Under the pieces are notes generated by a model. It was given only the letters and a program-made list of their open reading frames with translations, was not told where the DNA came from and ran no database searches. Both the position numbers and the translations under genes were made by a program. Source: Capsulimonadaceae bacterium (GTDB lineage: Bacteria > Armatimonadota > Armatimonadia > Armatimonadales > Capsulimonadaceae). From it: 64,000 bases of DNA. Below are positions 36,073 to 44,773 of this stretch, one piece after another. The first letter of the stretch is position 1, and every line of letters starts with the position of its first letter. The DNA is taken from contig OZ244065.1 in the NCBI GenBank assembly GCA_965215505.1, positions 2,432,001 through 2,496,000 of the forward strand. Reading direction: 5' to 3'.

Positions 36073-36101
36073 ATTATACTATGGCGCAAGCGAAATGTCA
36101 A
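36073..36101 (-). promoter_or_regulatory. Consensus sigma70 promoter for the regulator/hydrolase genes
   Basis: TTGACA-17 nt-TATAAT. Confidence 0.8.
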
Positions 36102-36129
36102 GACCAGCGCGGTTATTTTCGGGACTGTT

Positions 36130-37122
36130 TTACGCCCCAGCCGGCTGGACGCCCTCGGTGAAGATCTGCCGGATGATCTCCTCGGCTTCCACCTCATCAA
36201 TGGCGATGTCAGCGACGGGGAGGCGGGCGAGGACGGCCCCGGCGACCTGGGCGCTCAGGGCGCGCGGGACCTCAAGCGTGCCGTGCCCCCCATCGAATGA
36301 GACGACTTTGCCGAAGGCGGCCAGGGCGAGCTGAGACACAGGCCGCTCGAAGGTCAGCCGGAGCAGCTTGCTGTCCGAGTAGCGGGCGACCAGCCCGTCC
36401 AGCCGGTCGTCGAAGACGACCGCGCCGTGGTCGATGATGATGACCCGGTCGCACAATTCCTGGATGTCCTGCATGTAGTGGGAGGTGAGGATGATCGTGC
36501 TGCCTTCGCGCTCCTGGAAGGTCTTCAGGAACTCGCGGATGCGCTTCTGCGAAACCACGTCCAGGCCGATGGTCGGCTCATCCAGGAAGACGACCTTGGG
36601 GGCGTAGAGCAGCGCGGCCACCAGCTCGCACTTCATCCGCTCGCCCAGCGACAGCTTGCGGACCTGCGTGTTCAGCAGCGGCCCGAGTTCCAGCAGGTCG
36701 GTCAGTTCGGACACGCGCCTTTGGTAGACCTCATCGGGCAACTCATAGATCTCCTTGAGCAGCAGGAACGAGTCGAGGGCGGGCAGGTCCCACCAGAGCT
36801 GGTTCTTCTGGCCCATGACGAGCGAGATCTGCCGCAGGTACGGGTTCCGCCGCTCCCAGGGCGTGTAGCCCAGCACGCTGGCCCGGCCCGAGGTGGGGAA
36901 CAGGATGCCGGAGAGCATTTTCAGCGTGGTCGTCTTCCCCGCCCCGTTCGGCCCAAGGAACCCGACGATCTCCCCCGGCTCGATGCTGAACGAGACGCCC
37001 TTGACGGCCTGCACCGAGACGGTCTGGCGCGTGTAGAGGGACCGGAGGGTCCCTTTGAGGCCGGGGTCTTTCTTGAGAGAGGTGAATGTCTTGGCAAGGT
37101 CTTCGACCTGGATGACGGGCAT
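36130..37122 (-). CDS. ABC-2 type exporter ATP-binding protein
   Basis: GPNGAGKTT, LSLGERMK and FLDEPTIGLD motifs. Confidence 0.95.
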   Translation of the reverse strand: MPVIQVEDLAKTFTSLKKDPGLKGTLRSLYTRQTVSVQAVKGVSFSIEPGEIVGFLGPNGAGKTTTLKMLSGILFPTSGRASVLGYTPWERRNPYLRQISLVMGQKNQLWWDLPALDSFLLLKEIYELPDEVYQRRVSELTDLLELGPLLNTQVRKLSLGERMKCELVAALLYAPKVVFLDEPTIGLDVVSQKRIREFLKTFQEREGSTIILTSHYMQDIQELCDRVIIIDHGAVVFDDRLDGLVARYSDSKLLRLTFERPVSQLALAAFGKVVSFDGGHGTLEVPRALSAQVAGAVLARLPVADIAIDEVEAEEIIRQIFTEGVQPAGA

Positions 37123-37200
37123 GGAAAGAGTGTACCCGAAGGCACCGTGTCCGGGCGTGGCCCCCGCGTCGGAGGAGGAGAGGGAAGGAGAGGAGGAAAG

Positions 37201-37224
37201 AGGGCGGGGGGACCCCGCCCCTAC
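37201..37224 (-). repeat. GTAG REP overlapping the RAYT stop codon
   Basis: Minus strand GTAGGGGCGGGGTCCCCCCGCCCT; its TAG is the stop of 37221..37775. Confidence 0.85.
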
Positions 37225-37775
37225 GAAGGGGGTTGATTTCTGGGGTTGTCCGCATCTTCTCCCCAGCGGGCCGGGCTATGCGTGATGTAGGCCCGCGCCC
37301 TGTCAAGCATTGCCTCGCTGCGGATGATTCTGTCGTAATAGCTGCGTTGCCAAATCCGTGTACCGGGCGTCTTACGCGCCGCGTTGATCCGCTTGCTGGT
37401 CTGGTACTTCCAGTAGGCGATGATCGCCCCCAACGTCGGTTTTGCCTTACCCTGTAGGGGCGGGGTCCCCCCGCCCTCCTCTCCTTCTTCCCTTGTTCCG
37501 CCTTCGTCCCTAATGACGATGATGCCGTGCAGATGGTTTGGCATGACGATGGAGGCATCCAGGTCCACCGTGGGCCAATGCTCTGCGATCTGCTCCCAGA
37601 CCTCACCCGCGACCTGACCCCACCCGTTGATAGTCATCTGCCCGTCAACGATACCGCCGAGCGAACACTCGCGATGTTCAATGCAGACGGTCACGAAGTA
37701 CGCCCCCGCCTCGGCATAATCGTAGTCCTTCACCCGAATGCTGTGGCGGTGATGCCTCTCAGGGTTGTACGCCAT
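37221..37775 (-). mobile_element. REP-associated tyrosine transposase (RAYT/TnpA-REP, Y1 HUH family)
   Basis: RHSIR..YDY..GAYFVTVC, VMPNHLHGII (HUH), WQRSYYDRIIR and AYI..SP..W motifs. Flanked and interrupted by REPs. Confidence 0.9.
37454..37477 (+). repeat. GTAG REP inside the RAYT reading frame
   Basis: GTAGGGGCGGGGTCCCCCCGCCCT, translated on the coding strand as EGGGTPPLQ. Confidence 0.85.
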
Positions 37776-37800
37776 ACTGCTTCCCTCCTTAGATCGCCGC

Positions 37801-37827
37801 GTAGGGGCGGGGTCCCCCCGCCCCTAC
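37801..37827. repeat. Double-ended REP upstream of RAYT
   Basis: GTAGGGGCGGGG-TCC-CCCCGCCCCTAC, with GTAG at both 5' ends. Confidence 0.85.
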
Positions 37828-37858
37828 GGGTCAAGGCAGGCGATGGCAGCCAGTGTCG

Positions 37859-38968
37859 TCACGTCCAGTACAGTACCCGCCCCTGCGGGAAGCGGCGGGC
37901 GATCTCGGACGTGAAGAACGCCTTCAGCGTCTTCATCATGTCGTTCGGGTAGACGTACTTGACGCCGCCGAACTTGTTGCGCTTCTCGCTCCGGGTTTCC
38001 TCGGTCATGTCCAGGCTGGTCTTGGGATACCAGCCTTGCAAGACCTCCTTGGAGCCGGGCGTGAAGCGGTGCGTGATCAGCTCGAAGGTGATGTCGGGGG
38101 CGAAGCCGACGGCGGCCTGGGCATCGTCCAGGAGCTGGCTGTAGTGCTGCTCCCAGTCGTCTACGGGGATGATCGGGGCGATGACCAGGCCGACGGGGTA
38201 GCCGCCGCCTCCCTCCGAGCGCGGCAGGGCCAGGCGGCGCAGGGCGTGGAGCCGGGCCGCGACGGGCGCGACGCCGCCCTCCAGCCGGCGGGCGACGGGG
38301 TCGGCGTTGACCGAGGCGCGGGGCCGCGTGTGTCCGTTGTGCGGCAGGTCCAGCAGCGGCTCGACGGCGTCGAACTTGGTGGTGTAGCGCAGGTAAGCGT
38401 TCTCGCGGGTCCCGAACCAGCGGATCGTCTCGGCGAGGCTGCCGGTCAAGTGTTCAAGGGAGAGCGGGTCGGTGTAGCAGGACGCCTCAAAGGTCGTCCC
38501 CGCCGCCTCGTTGCGGCCCACGCCGGGCTTCTCATAGTTCGCGAGGTTGTCCAGAATGCTCGGAAGGTTGGCGAAGGCGCGGATGACCGGCGGCCCGGCG
38601 AGGCTGCCGGCGAGGTAACAATACTGGCAGTGGGCGGGACAGCCCTCCGCCAGATGGAACTGCCAGTCGGCGGAGGGAGGGATGGGCTGGAGCTTGGCCG
38701 CGCTCGGCGCGGCGGCGACCACGGCCAGAGTCCGCTTGGCCTTGTTGTAAGTGGCGCGCTCGTCCTCCCCGCGCAGACCGGTCAGCCGGTTCTGCTTAAG
38801 GACTTCGGTCGGGACGCCCAATGCCTCGACGCGCGCTTTGATCTGCCGCCCCCAGGGCTGTTCCAGGGCTGCGGGAGTGAACTGCGCCTGCTGAGGCATC
38901 CACAGGCGGGGCTTGGCGGGGGCCGCCGGGGGGACTGTTTCGGGCTTGTCTAGCATCACGAGTGTCAT
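37859..38968 (-). CDS. splB: Spore photoproduct lyase-family radical SAM enzyme
   Basis: AEGCPAHCQYCYL (CxxxCxxC), FEASCYTDPL, HNGHTR, ELITHRFT and NKFGGVKYVYP motifs. Confidence 0.85.
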   Translation of the reverse strand: MTLVMLDKPETVPPAAPAKPRLWMPQQAQFTPAALEQPWGRQIKARVEALGVPTEVLKQNRLTGLRGEDERATYNKAKRTLAVVAAAPSAAKLQPIPPSADWQFHLAEGCPAHCQYCYLAGSLAGPPVIRAFANLPSILDNLANYEKPGVGRNEAAGTTFEASCYTDPLSLEHLTGSLAETIRWFGTRENAYLRYTTKFDAVEPLLDLPHNGHTRPRASVNADPVARRLEGGVAPVAARLHALRRLALPRSEGGGGYPVGLVIAPIIPVDDWEQHYSQLLDDAQAAVGFAPDITFELITHRFTPGSKEVLQGWYPKTSLDMTEETRSEKRNKFGGVKYVYPNDMMKTLKAFFTSEIARRFPQGRVLYWT

Positions 38969-39029
38969 GCTATTTGAACACCTGCGGGGGTGGGGACGTT
39001 CCGAAAATGGTTAGAAAATGGGTCAATTT

Positions 39030-39827
39030 CTAGCTGCTCGCGCTCGAATAGGCGCGGGTCGCGTGCCGCCAGAATAAGACGCTCAGGCCGAAGAAGCCCG
39101 CCGCCATCAGGGGACCGGCCAGCAGGGCGGAGGCGAGCAAGGGGCGGGTGAGCGCCTGCACCGGGACGGCGGCGAGGAAGGCCAGCGGCAGAATATAGGT
39201 CAGGAAGAACTGTGCGCCCGGCCCGAAGGCGCGGAAGACGTCTATGGGTGTGCGGCTGACGCCGAACACGGTGTCCAGGGCGACGAACAGGTTGTCCAGG
39301 CGGACCAGCCAGAACGAGAGCGTCATGGTCAGCAGGCTGAGAGAATAGAACAGGACGACGCCGCAGAGCAGCAGGAAGAGGTAGGCGGCCACCTGCATTG
39401 GGGCGGGAAGGGCGGGCAGGCGCGACAGGCCGTAGCCGAGCAGGCCGACCGCGCCGACGAGATGCCCCAGGTTGTCCAGGGAGACGTAGCGCAGGGACAC
39501 GAAGAACTGGCTGTTGACGGGCCGCAGCAAGGTGAAATCCATCGTCCCCAGACGGATCTGGTTGGGCAGGTCGGAGAGGTTCTGGTAGAACAAAGTGTCC
39601 GCCACGCCGCGCAGGGCGGAGTAGGTGCCGATCAGGAGGAACATCTGCCCCTCGCTCCACCCGGCGACTGAGTGCGTGTTGACGTAGATCAGCTTCAGGA
39701 ACAGAATGAGGGAGAAGAGCCAGCCGAGGTTGGTGGCGATGCCAGCCCAGAAGTTGGCGCGGAACTCGACCGCCTGGCGCAGACAGTTGCGCCAGAAGGC
39801 GATGTACAGGCGGAAGTGGCGGATCAT
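39030..39827 (-). CDS. ABC-2 family permease (DUF990-like)
   Basis: EFRANF, IRLGTMDFTLLRPVN and C-terminal YSSASS; about six TM segments. Confidence 0.9.
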   Translation of the reverse strand: MIRHFRLYIAFWRNCLRQAVEFRANFWAGIATNLGWLFSLILFLKLIYVNTHSVAGWSEGQMFLLIGTYSALRGVADTLFYQNLSDLPNQIRLGTMDFTLLRPVNSQFFVSLRYVSLDNLGHLVGAVGLLGYGLSRLPALPAPMQVAAYLFLLLCGVVLFYSLSLLTMTLSFWLVRLDNLFVALDTVFGVSRTPIDVFRAFGPGAQFFLTYILPLAFLAAVPVQALTRPLLASALLAGPLMAAGFFGLSVLFWRHATRAYSSASS

Positions 39828-40007
39828 ACCAGTGATCTTACCTGATTTGTCCGGCGTTGGCGATGCTGATGTTTAGACCAAACAGGCGCGGGGAACATAC
39901 AGGCTGGCGATATTAGTGTCCGCCGCACAAACAAGAACTTAGAACGAACGCATCGGATGGCGTCGTAACACTACAGGGATGTGACTCTTGCTTGGAGGAA
40001 ACGACAG

Positions 40008-40289
40008 ATGCTTATCTCGATTATCATGTGGCTCGTGGTCGGCTTCCTTGCCGGCCTTCTGGCGAAAGCCATCGTCCCTGGCCCCGCCGAGAAGCCGAGC
40101 GGCTTCCTGGGCACGGCCATCCTGGGCATCGTCGGCGCGATCGTCGGCGGGTTCATCTACTTCCTGGTGTCGGGCGGCAACCGGGGCTTCACGACCCATT
40201 TTGACCTGCCAAGCATTCTGTGGGCGACCCTCGGCGCTGTAGTCGTAGTCGCCATCGAGCGGGCTATCGCCGGCCGCCGCACGATCTAG
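40008..40289 (+). CDS. GlsB/YeaQ/YmgE (transglycosylase-associated) membrane protein
   Basis: WLVVGFLAGLLAKAIVPG...LGIVGAIVGG; GGAGG RBS. Confidence 0.9.
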   Translation: MLISIIMWLVVGFLAGLLAKAIVPGPAEKPSGFLGTAILGIVGAIVGGFIYFLVSGGNRGFTTHFDLPSILWATLGAVVVVAIERAIAGRRTI

Positions 40290-40323
40290 GACGAACCTGG
40301 AGCGGAACTGAAAAAGCGAAACG

Positions 40324-40356
40324 AGCCGGGGGCCTTTGCAGGCCCCCGGCTTTTTT
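40324..40356 (+). terminator. Intrinsic terminator
   Basis: AGCCGGGGGCCT-loop-AGGCCCCCGGCT followed by a T run. Confidence 0.8.
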
Positions 40357-40378
40357 GCTGGCAGTAGGAAAGAGAAGG

Positions 40379-40437
40379 AGGGCGGGGGGACCCCGCCCCT
40401 ACATAGACACCATAGGGGGAGGGCTTGCCCCTACCCT
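40379..40437. repeat. GTAG REP plus degenerate partner
   Basis: AGGGCGGGGGGACCCCGCCCCTAC (40379-40402) and ATAGGGGGAGGGCTTGCCCCTACCCT. Confidence 0.75.
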
Positions 40438-40466
40438 CTTAATCACTGCCCATCATACCGCCCGCC

Positions 40467-41579
40467 CTACTCCGCCCGCCACAGGAAATACACGCCCACG
40501 ACCGCGAACAGCAGGGCGGGCGACCAGGCGGCGAGAGACGGCGGCATCTTGCCGGCGAGGCCCAGAATCTTGGTCAGCAGCAGGGTGTTCCAGGCGACCC
40601 AGACCATGATGATTGAGAGGAAGATGCCCATGTATGCCCCAGCCCGCGCGAAGCGCAGGGCGAGCGGCGGGGCACACAAGGCGAAAGACAGGCAGAGGAA
40701 GGGCAGGCCGAGCTTGGCGTAGTAGCTGAAGGCGACGGCGGTATTGTCCTGGCCGGTGCGGGCCAGGGCGTCCATCTGCGCGCCCAGCTCGGCCATCGTC
40801 TGGTCGTCCAGGGTCCCTACCGAAGCCTGCGAGAGACTCGCCAGCGGCACTTGCAGGTTCAGGGTGATCGTCTTCGCGGGGAGGTTGCGCGCCTCGATCT
40901 TCACCAGCCCCTCGGTGTCGAAGGTCATCAAGTGGGCCTCGTACAGCGTCCAGACGTCCCGGTCGTAGTCGGCGCTCTTGGCGGTCAGCAGCATCGGGAA
41001 GCCACCCGGCTCGGTCGGATTCTGGTAGATCGTCACCCCATACAGGCGCAGACGGTCCGCCTTGCCGCCGGGGTCTTTGCGGACCTCCCGGATGTGGAAC
41101 GAGTAATCCTGGAACGTGAAGACCTTGTTCGAGGCCAGGGCCGGAGACGCCTGCAAGGCGTAGGAAAACATCTGGCTCTGCGTCTTCTGGAACTCGCGCC
41201 AGGCCGGAGGGACCACGCGGTCGCCGACCAGGAAGGAGGCCGCCGTGGCGAGCAGGCCGACCATGATGATCGGCAGGAACAGCCGCCGCAGCGGGACGCC
41301 CGCCATGCGGATGGGGGTGACCTCCGAGTCCCGCGCCATCCGGTTGACGGCCCAGGCGGAGGCCAGCGCGACGCCGGGCGGCAGGGTCAGGGGAATCAGG
41401 ATGGGGATGTTGAAGGCGATCAGCCGAGTGACGATCAGCGCGGGGATGCCGTTCTTAACAATGTCCCCGAGGAGCGGCCAGAGCGTGTTACCGACCAGCA
41501 TGACGACGATGAGCAGGATGCCGCCGACGAACGGCAGCACCATCTCCCCGAGCAGGTAGCGGTCCATGCGCTTAATCAT
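40467..41579 (-). CDS. LptF/LptG family permease
   Basis: MDRYLLGE..PF, RMARDSEV..RMAGV and AAWSP motifs; 3+3 TM layout. Confidence 0.9.
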   Translation of the reverse strand: MIKRMDRYLLGEMVLPFVGGILLIVVMLVGNTLWPLLGDIVKNGIPALIVTRLIAFNIPILIPLTLPPGVALASAWAVNRMARDSEVTPIRMAGVPLRRLFLPIIMVGLLATAASFLVGDRVVPPAWREFQKTQSQMFSYALQASPALASNKVFTFQDYSFHIREVRKDPGGKADRLRLYGVTIYQNPTEPGGFPMLLTAKSADYDRDVWTLYEAHLMTFDTEGLVKIEARNLPAKTITLNLQVPLASLSQASVGTLDDQTMAELGAQMDALARTGQDNTAVAFSYYAKLGLPFLCLSFALCAPPLALRFARAGAYMGIFLSIIMVWVAWNTLLLTKILGLAGKMPPSLAAWSPALLFAVVGVYFLWRAE

Positions 41580-41604
41580 AGGGTATAATCACCGGTGCGA
41601 GGCG

Positions 41605-42426
41605 CTACTGCAAGTTCAGCCGGATCGTGAAGTCGGTGATGTCCAGGTCGGCTGTGTTGACCGTGCTTCCGCCGCCGCCGCTCTGAACGCCTGACACGAT
41701 GATGGGGACGCCGCTGACATTCTGAGCGACATCGCCGGCGGCCTCGATGTTCCGATCGCTGTTGAGGAAGTTTAGTTGCTGGACCGGCCCGCCCGCCGTG
41801 TTGCGGACGAAGACGTTGACGAAGTTGTTGCCGGACTGGTCCGGCGTATAAAGCGCGTCGAAGTACTTGGGGGTGCTGAAGTCGTTCCCGGCGACCTGGA
41901 CGGTGTTTGTGGTCACGAAGTTGATCTGCAAGGTCTGAATCTGGTCCACGCTGACGGTGGATGTCGCCAGCCGTGCGAGCGGGAGCTGGAACGAGAGCGT
42001 GTTGCCGGACACCAGCGAGGCCACCAGATAGCCGCTCGACCCCAGGTAGTTGAATGTACGCAGGGTGGGGTCAATGTTGTAAAACCCAAAGCCGGTGCCG
42101 CCGGGGACGCCCTGGTTATACTCGACATAGTTGGTGAACGCGCCTGCCGCGAAGCCGTTGACGTAGGGCGGCGCGACGACCGGAACCGGCCCGGTCGGGC
42201 CGGAGTTGTTCCCGTTGGGCGTCATGTTGACGTTGAACAGGACGTAGTAGTAATTGGCGGCATTGATGCTACCCGCGACCGTCATGGTGATGAGGAGCTG
42301 CGGGCCGGACGTGGGGCTGGTGATGCCGCCGCTGGGCGACTTGGCGCAGCCCGCAAGCAGCAGGGCGGGCGCGGCGAGCAGCAGGGTCCGGCGGGTGAAT
42401 CGGGGGGGGTCTTCAGGCGTTTGCAT
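41605..42426 (-). CDS. Hypothetical lipoprotein
   Basis: FTRRTLLL..LLLAG-C (twin-Arg-like sequence plus lipobox); beta-rich mature part. Confidence 0.75.
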   Translation of the reverse strand: MQTPEDPPRFTRRTLLLAAPALLLAGCAKSPSGGITSPTSGPQLLITMTVAGSINAANYYYVLFNVNMTPNGNNSGPTGPVPVVAPPYVNGFAAGAFTNYVEYNQGVPGGTGFGFYNIDPTLRTFNYLGSSGYLVASLVSGNTLSFQLPLARLATSTVSVDQIQTLQINFVTTNTVQVAGNDFSTPKYFDALYTPDQSGNNFVNVFVRNTAGGPVQQLNFLNSDRNIEAAGDVAQNVSGVPIIVSGVQSGGGGSTVNTADLDITDFTIRLNLQ

Positions 42427-42455
42427 CAGGTCATTATAGCAGGAATCGGGCCGCA

Positions 42456-44153
42456 TTGACAACGAGGGAACAGACCGCGTCGGATGAAAGGGCGGGGCAG
42501 AAGAAGAGGGCGGGGGGACCCCGCCCCTACGGGACGCCGTGTAGGGGCGGGGTCCCCCCGCCCTCCCCTGTCCATGGGAGCCGCACGGGCCTCCTGCGGA
42601 GCGTCAGCCTCACCGCCCTTTCCGGCCTGCTGCTGGCCGCCGCCCTCCCCCGCCTGGACTGCGGCTGGCTCGCCTGGGTCGGCCTGGTCCCCTTCCTCAC
42701 CCTCTTCCCTTTCCGCTCCAAGCGCGCCGCCTTCGCCCACGGGCTGCTCCTCGGCGCCTGCTTCCTCGGCACGATGTCCTATTGGATCATCGTCTTCGCA
42801 GGCCACATCATCGGCCCCGCTCTCAGCACACTCGGCTGGGCACTCGTCACCGCCTACCAGGCGTTCTACATCGGCGTCTGGGCGCTGGGCGCGCAGTGGC
42901 TCCGGACGCGCCCCTCCCCCTGGGCCTTCCGGCTCGGCGTCCCCGCCCTGTGGGCCGTCGTCGAGTGGTGGCGGCAGTCGGGGACGCTGGCGCTGGGCTG
43001 GGGGGACCTGGCCTATACCCAGCACCTCGCGCTGCCGGCCTTACAGGTGACGAAGCTGACGGGCATCTGGGGGCTGGCGTTCCTGATCGTTCTGGTGAAC
43101 GTCGCGCTGGCGGAGGCGTGGCGGGGACGGCGGGTGGGCGTGTTCGCCATACTCACGGCGGCCACAGTCGCCGCAGCCTTGGTGTACGGGACGCTGGCGA
43201 TGCGGGGAGAGCGTCTGCGGCCCACGTTCGTGGCGGCGGCCTTGCAGGGGAACATCGTACAGGACGTGCCGCAAGGCCCGGCCTATGTGGAGCGCGTGGT
43301 GGAGACGTTCGGGGCGCAGAGCCGAGAAGCGGCGGCACACGGGGCGCGGCTGACGGTCTGGCCCGAAACCGCCTATCCGGGGTACTTGCAGCCGGACACG
43401 CCGCTTGGGCCGCGCGCGCGGGTGGGAGCGGAGACGGTGCGCGACCATCAGGTCGCTCTGATCGGGGGCGTGGAGTACGACGCGGGGGAGCGCAAGAACG
43501 CCAACAGCCTGTTCCTGATGGACGCGCAGGGAAACGTGACGGGGAGCTACCAGAAGCGTCAGCTCGTGCCGTTCGGGGAGTTCACGCCGGGGCGGCGCTG
43601 GATGCCGTTCTTAGAGGCCCTGCACGTCACGACCTTCGACATGAAGCGCGGGGCGGACACGCAGGCGCTGCTCGACGCCGGGCCGGGCATCGGCAAGGTC
43701 GGGGCGACCATCTGCTTCGAGTCGTCCTACCCCCGCTTCCTCCGAGAACAAGTGGCCCGAGGAGCCGGCCTGCTCGTCGTGTCCACCGACGACGCCTGGT
43801 TCGGGCGCACGGCCGCGGCACGACAGCACTCCGCCATCGCCGCCGTCCGCGCCGCCGAGACCGACCGCTACCTCGTCCGCAGCGCGGCCACCGGCGTCTC
43901 GCAGGTGATTGACCCGTCGGGCCGGGTGATCGCAGAGGCGGGCCTGTTCCAGCCCGCCGTGGTGTGGGGGCGGGTCGAGTCGCGGGCGACATTGACACCG
44001 TGTGTGCGCTGGGGGGACTGGTTCGTCGGCTTCTGCGCCCTGCTGCTGATAGCCCTGAGCCTGCTGCCGGGGAGCATGAGGGAAGAAGGCCAGGAGGAAG
44101 AAAAAGGGCGGGGCAGGAAAAAAGGGCGGGGGGACCCCGCCCCTACAGGATAG
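42456..44153 (+). CDS. lnt: Apolipoprotein N-acyltransferase
   Basis: LQGNI, VWPETA, KRQLVPFGE, ICFES, TDDAWFG and RSAATGVS motifs. Start codon uncertain (TTG 42456). Confidence 0.9.
   Translation: MTTREQTASDERAGQKKRAGGPRPYGTPCRGGVPPPSPVHGSRTGLLRSVSLTALSGLLLAAALPRLDCGWLAWVGLVPFLTLFPFRSKRAAFAHGLLLGACFLGTMSYWIIVFAGHIIGPALSTLGWALVTAYQAFYIGVWALGAQWLRTRPSPWAFRLGVPALWAVVEWWRQSGTLALGWGDLAYTQHLALPALQVTKLTGIWGLAFLIVLVNVALAEAWRGRRVGVFAILTAATVAAALVYGTLAMRGERLRPTFVAAALQGNIVQDVPQGPAYVERVVETFGAQSREAAAHGARLTVWPETAYPGYLQPDTPLGPRARVGAETVRDHQVALIGGVEYDAGERKNANSLFLMDAQGNVTGSYQKRQLVPFGEFTPGRRWMPFLEALHVTTFDMKRGADTQALLDAGPGIGKVGATICFESSYPRFLREQVARGAGLLVVSTDDAWFGRTAAARQHSAIAAVRAAETDRYLVRSAATGVSQVIDPSGRVIAEAGLFQPAVVWGRVESRATLTPCVRWGDWFVGFCALLLIALSLLPGSMREEGQEEEKGRGRKKGRGDPAPTG
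42507..42564. repeat. GTAG REP doublet at the 5' end of lnt
   Basis: Two exact inverted 24-mers at 42507-42530 and 42541-42564. Confidence 0.9.
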
Positions 44154-44180
44154 GCCGTAGGGGCAGGGTCCCCCAGCCCT
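44123..44180. repeat. GTAG REP doublet straddling the lnt stop codon
   Basis: AGGGCGGGGGGACCCCGCCCCTAC (44123-44146) and GTAGGGGCAGGGTCCCCCAGCCCT (44157-44180). Confidence 0.85.
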
Positions 44181-44193
44181 CTGTCGGTTTGCT

Positions 44194-44649
44194 TCAGTGT
44201 TCGTGTTCGCCGCGCAGGAACTTCTCGTAGTTCGGGCCGCTGACGCCGTAGTCCTTGCGCGCGTCGTCCCGGTAGACTTCCAGGCCGGTGCGGATGCCGC
44301 CGGGCGGGAAGAAGGAGACGAAGCGGAACATCCCTGACACGCCGGGCGGCAGGTTGCCCGTCGAGACCAGATAGGTCGGCGACTCTGGTTCGTTCAGAGC
44401 CACCTCCCAGCGCAGGCGGGACCAGCCGCGCGGGACGGACTTGTGCATCCAGAAGGCGGCCTCGGGTCCCCCGCTGGAGAAGCCGAGCGGCAGGGGCTTC
44501 GGCTGGTAATCGGGGCGAAACAGGTACGGGCCGAGGCGGAGACGAGTGATCGCCGGCTTGCCTTCATCGGCGCGCAGCAGCAGCTCGTACACGAAGCCGT
44601 CGTTGTTCGCCACGCAGGTGAGCATGGGGGCGACTTCCGGGATGATCAT
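44194..44649 (-). CDS. Hypothetical protein
   Basis: ATG 44649 with GGAGG RBS and host-like codon usage; no family recognised. Confidence 0.7.
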   Translation of the reverse strand: MIIPEVAPMLTCVANNDGFVYELLLRADEGKPAITRLRLGPYLFRPDYQPKPLPLGFSSGGPEAAFWMHKSVPRGWSRLRWEVALNEPESPTYLVSTGNLPPGVSGMFRFVSFFPPGGIRTGLEVYRDDARKDYGVSGPNYEKFLRGEHEH

Positions 44650-44773
44650 GGGTTCCTCCAAATGAACGCTAGACAGAATTGAACGGTAGACAGTGAGACG
44701 CAGGGGAATGTGTGCCCTTATTATAACACACGACGGTCGCACACGCAACAGCAGCAACGTAAAGGAGTCACGC

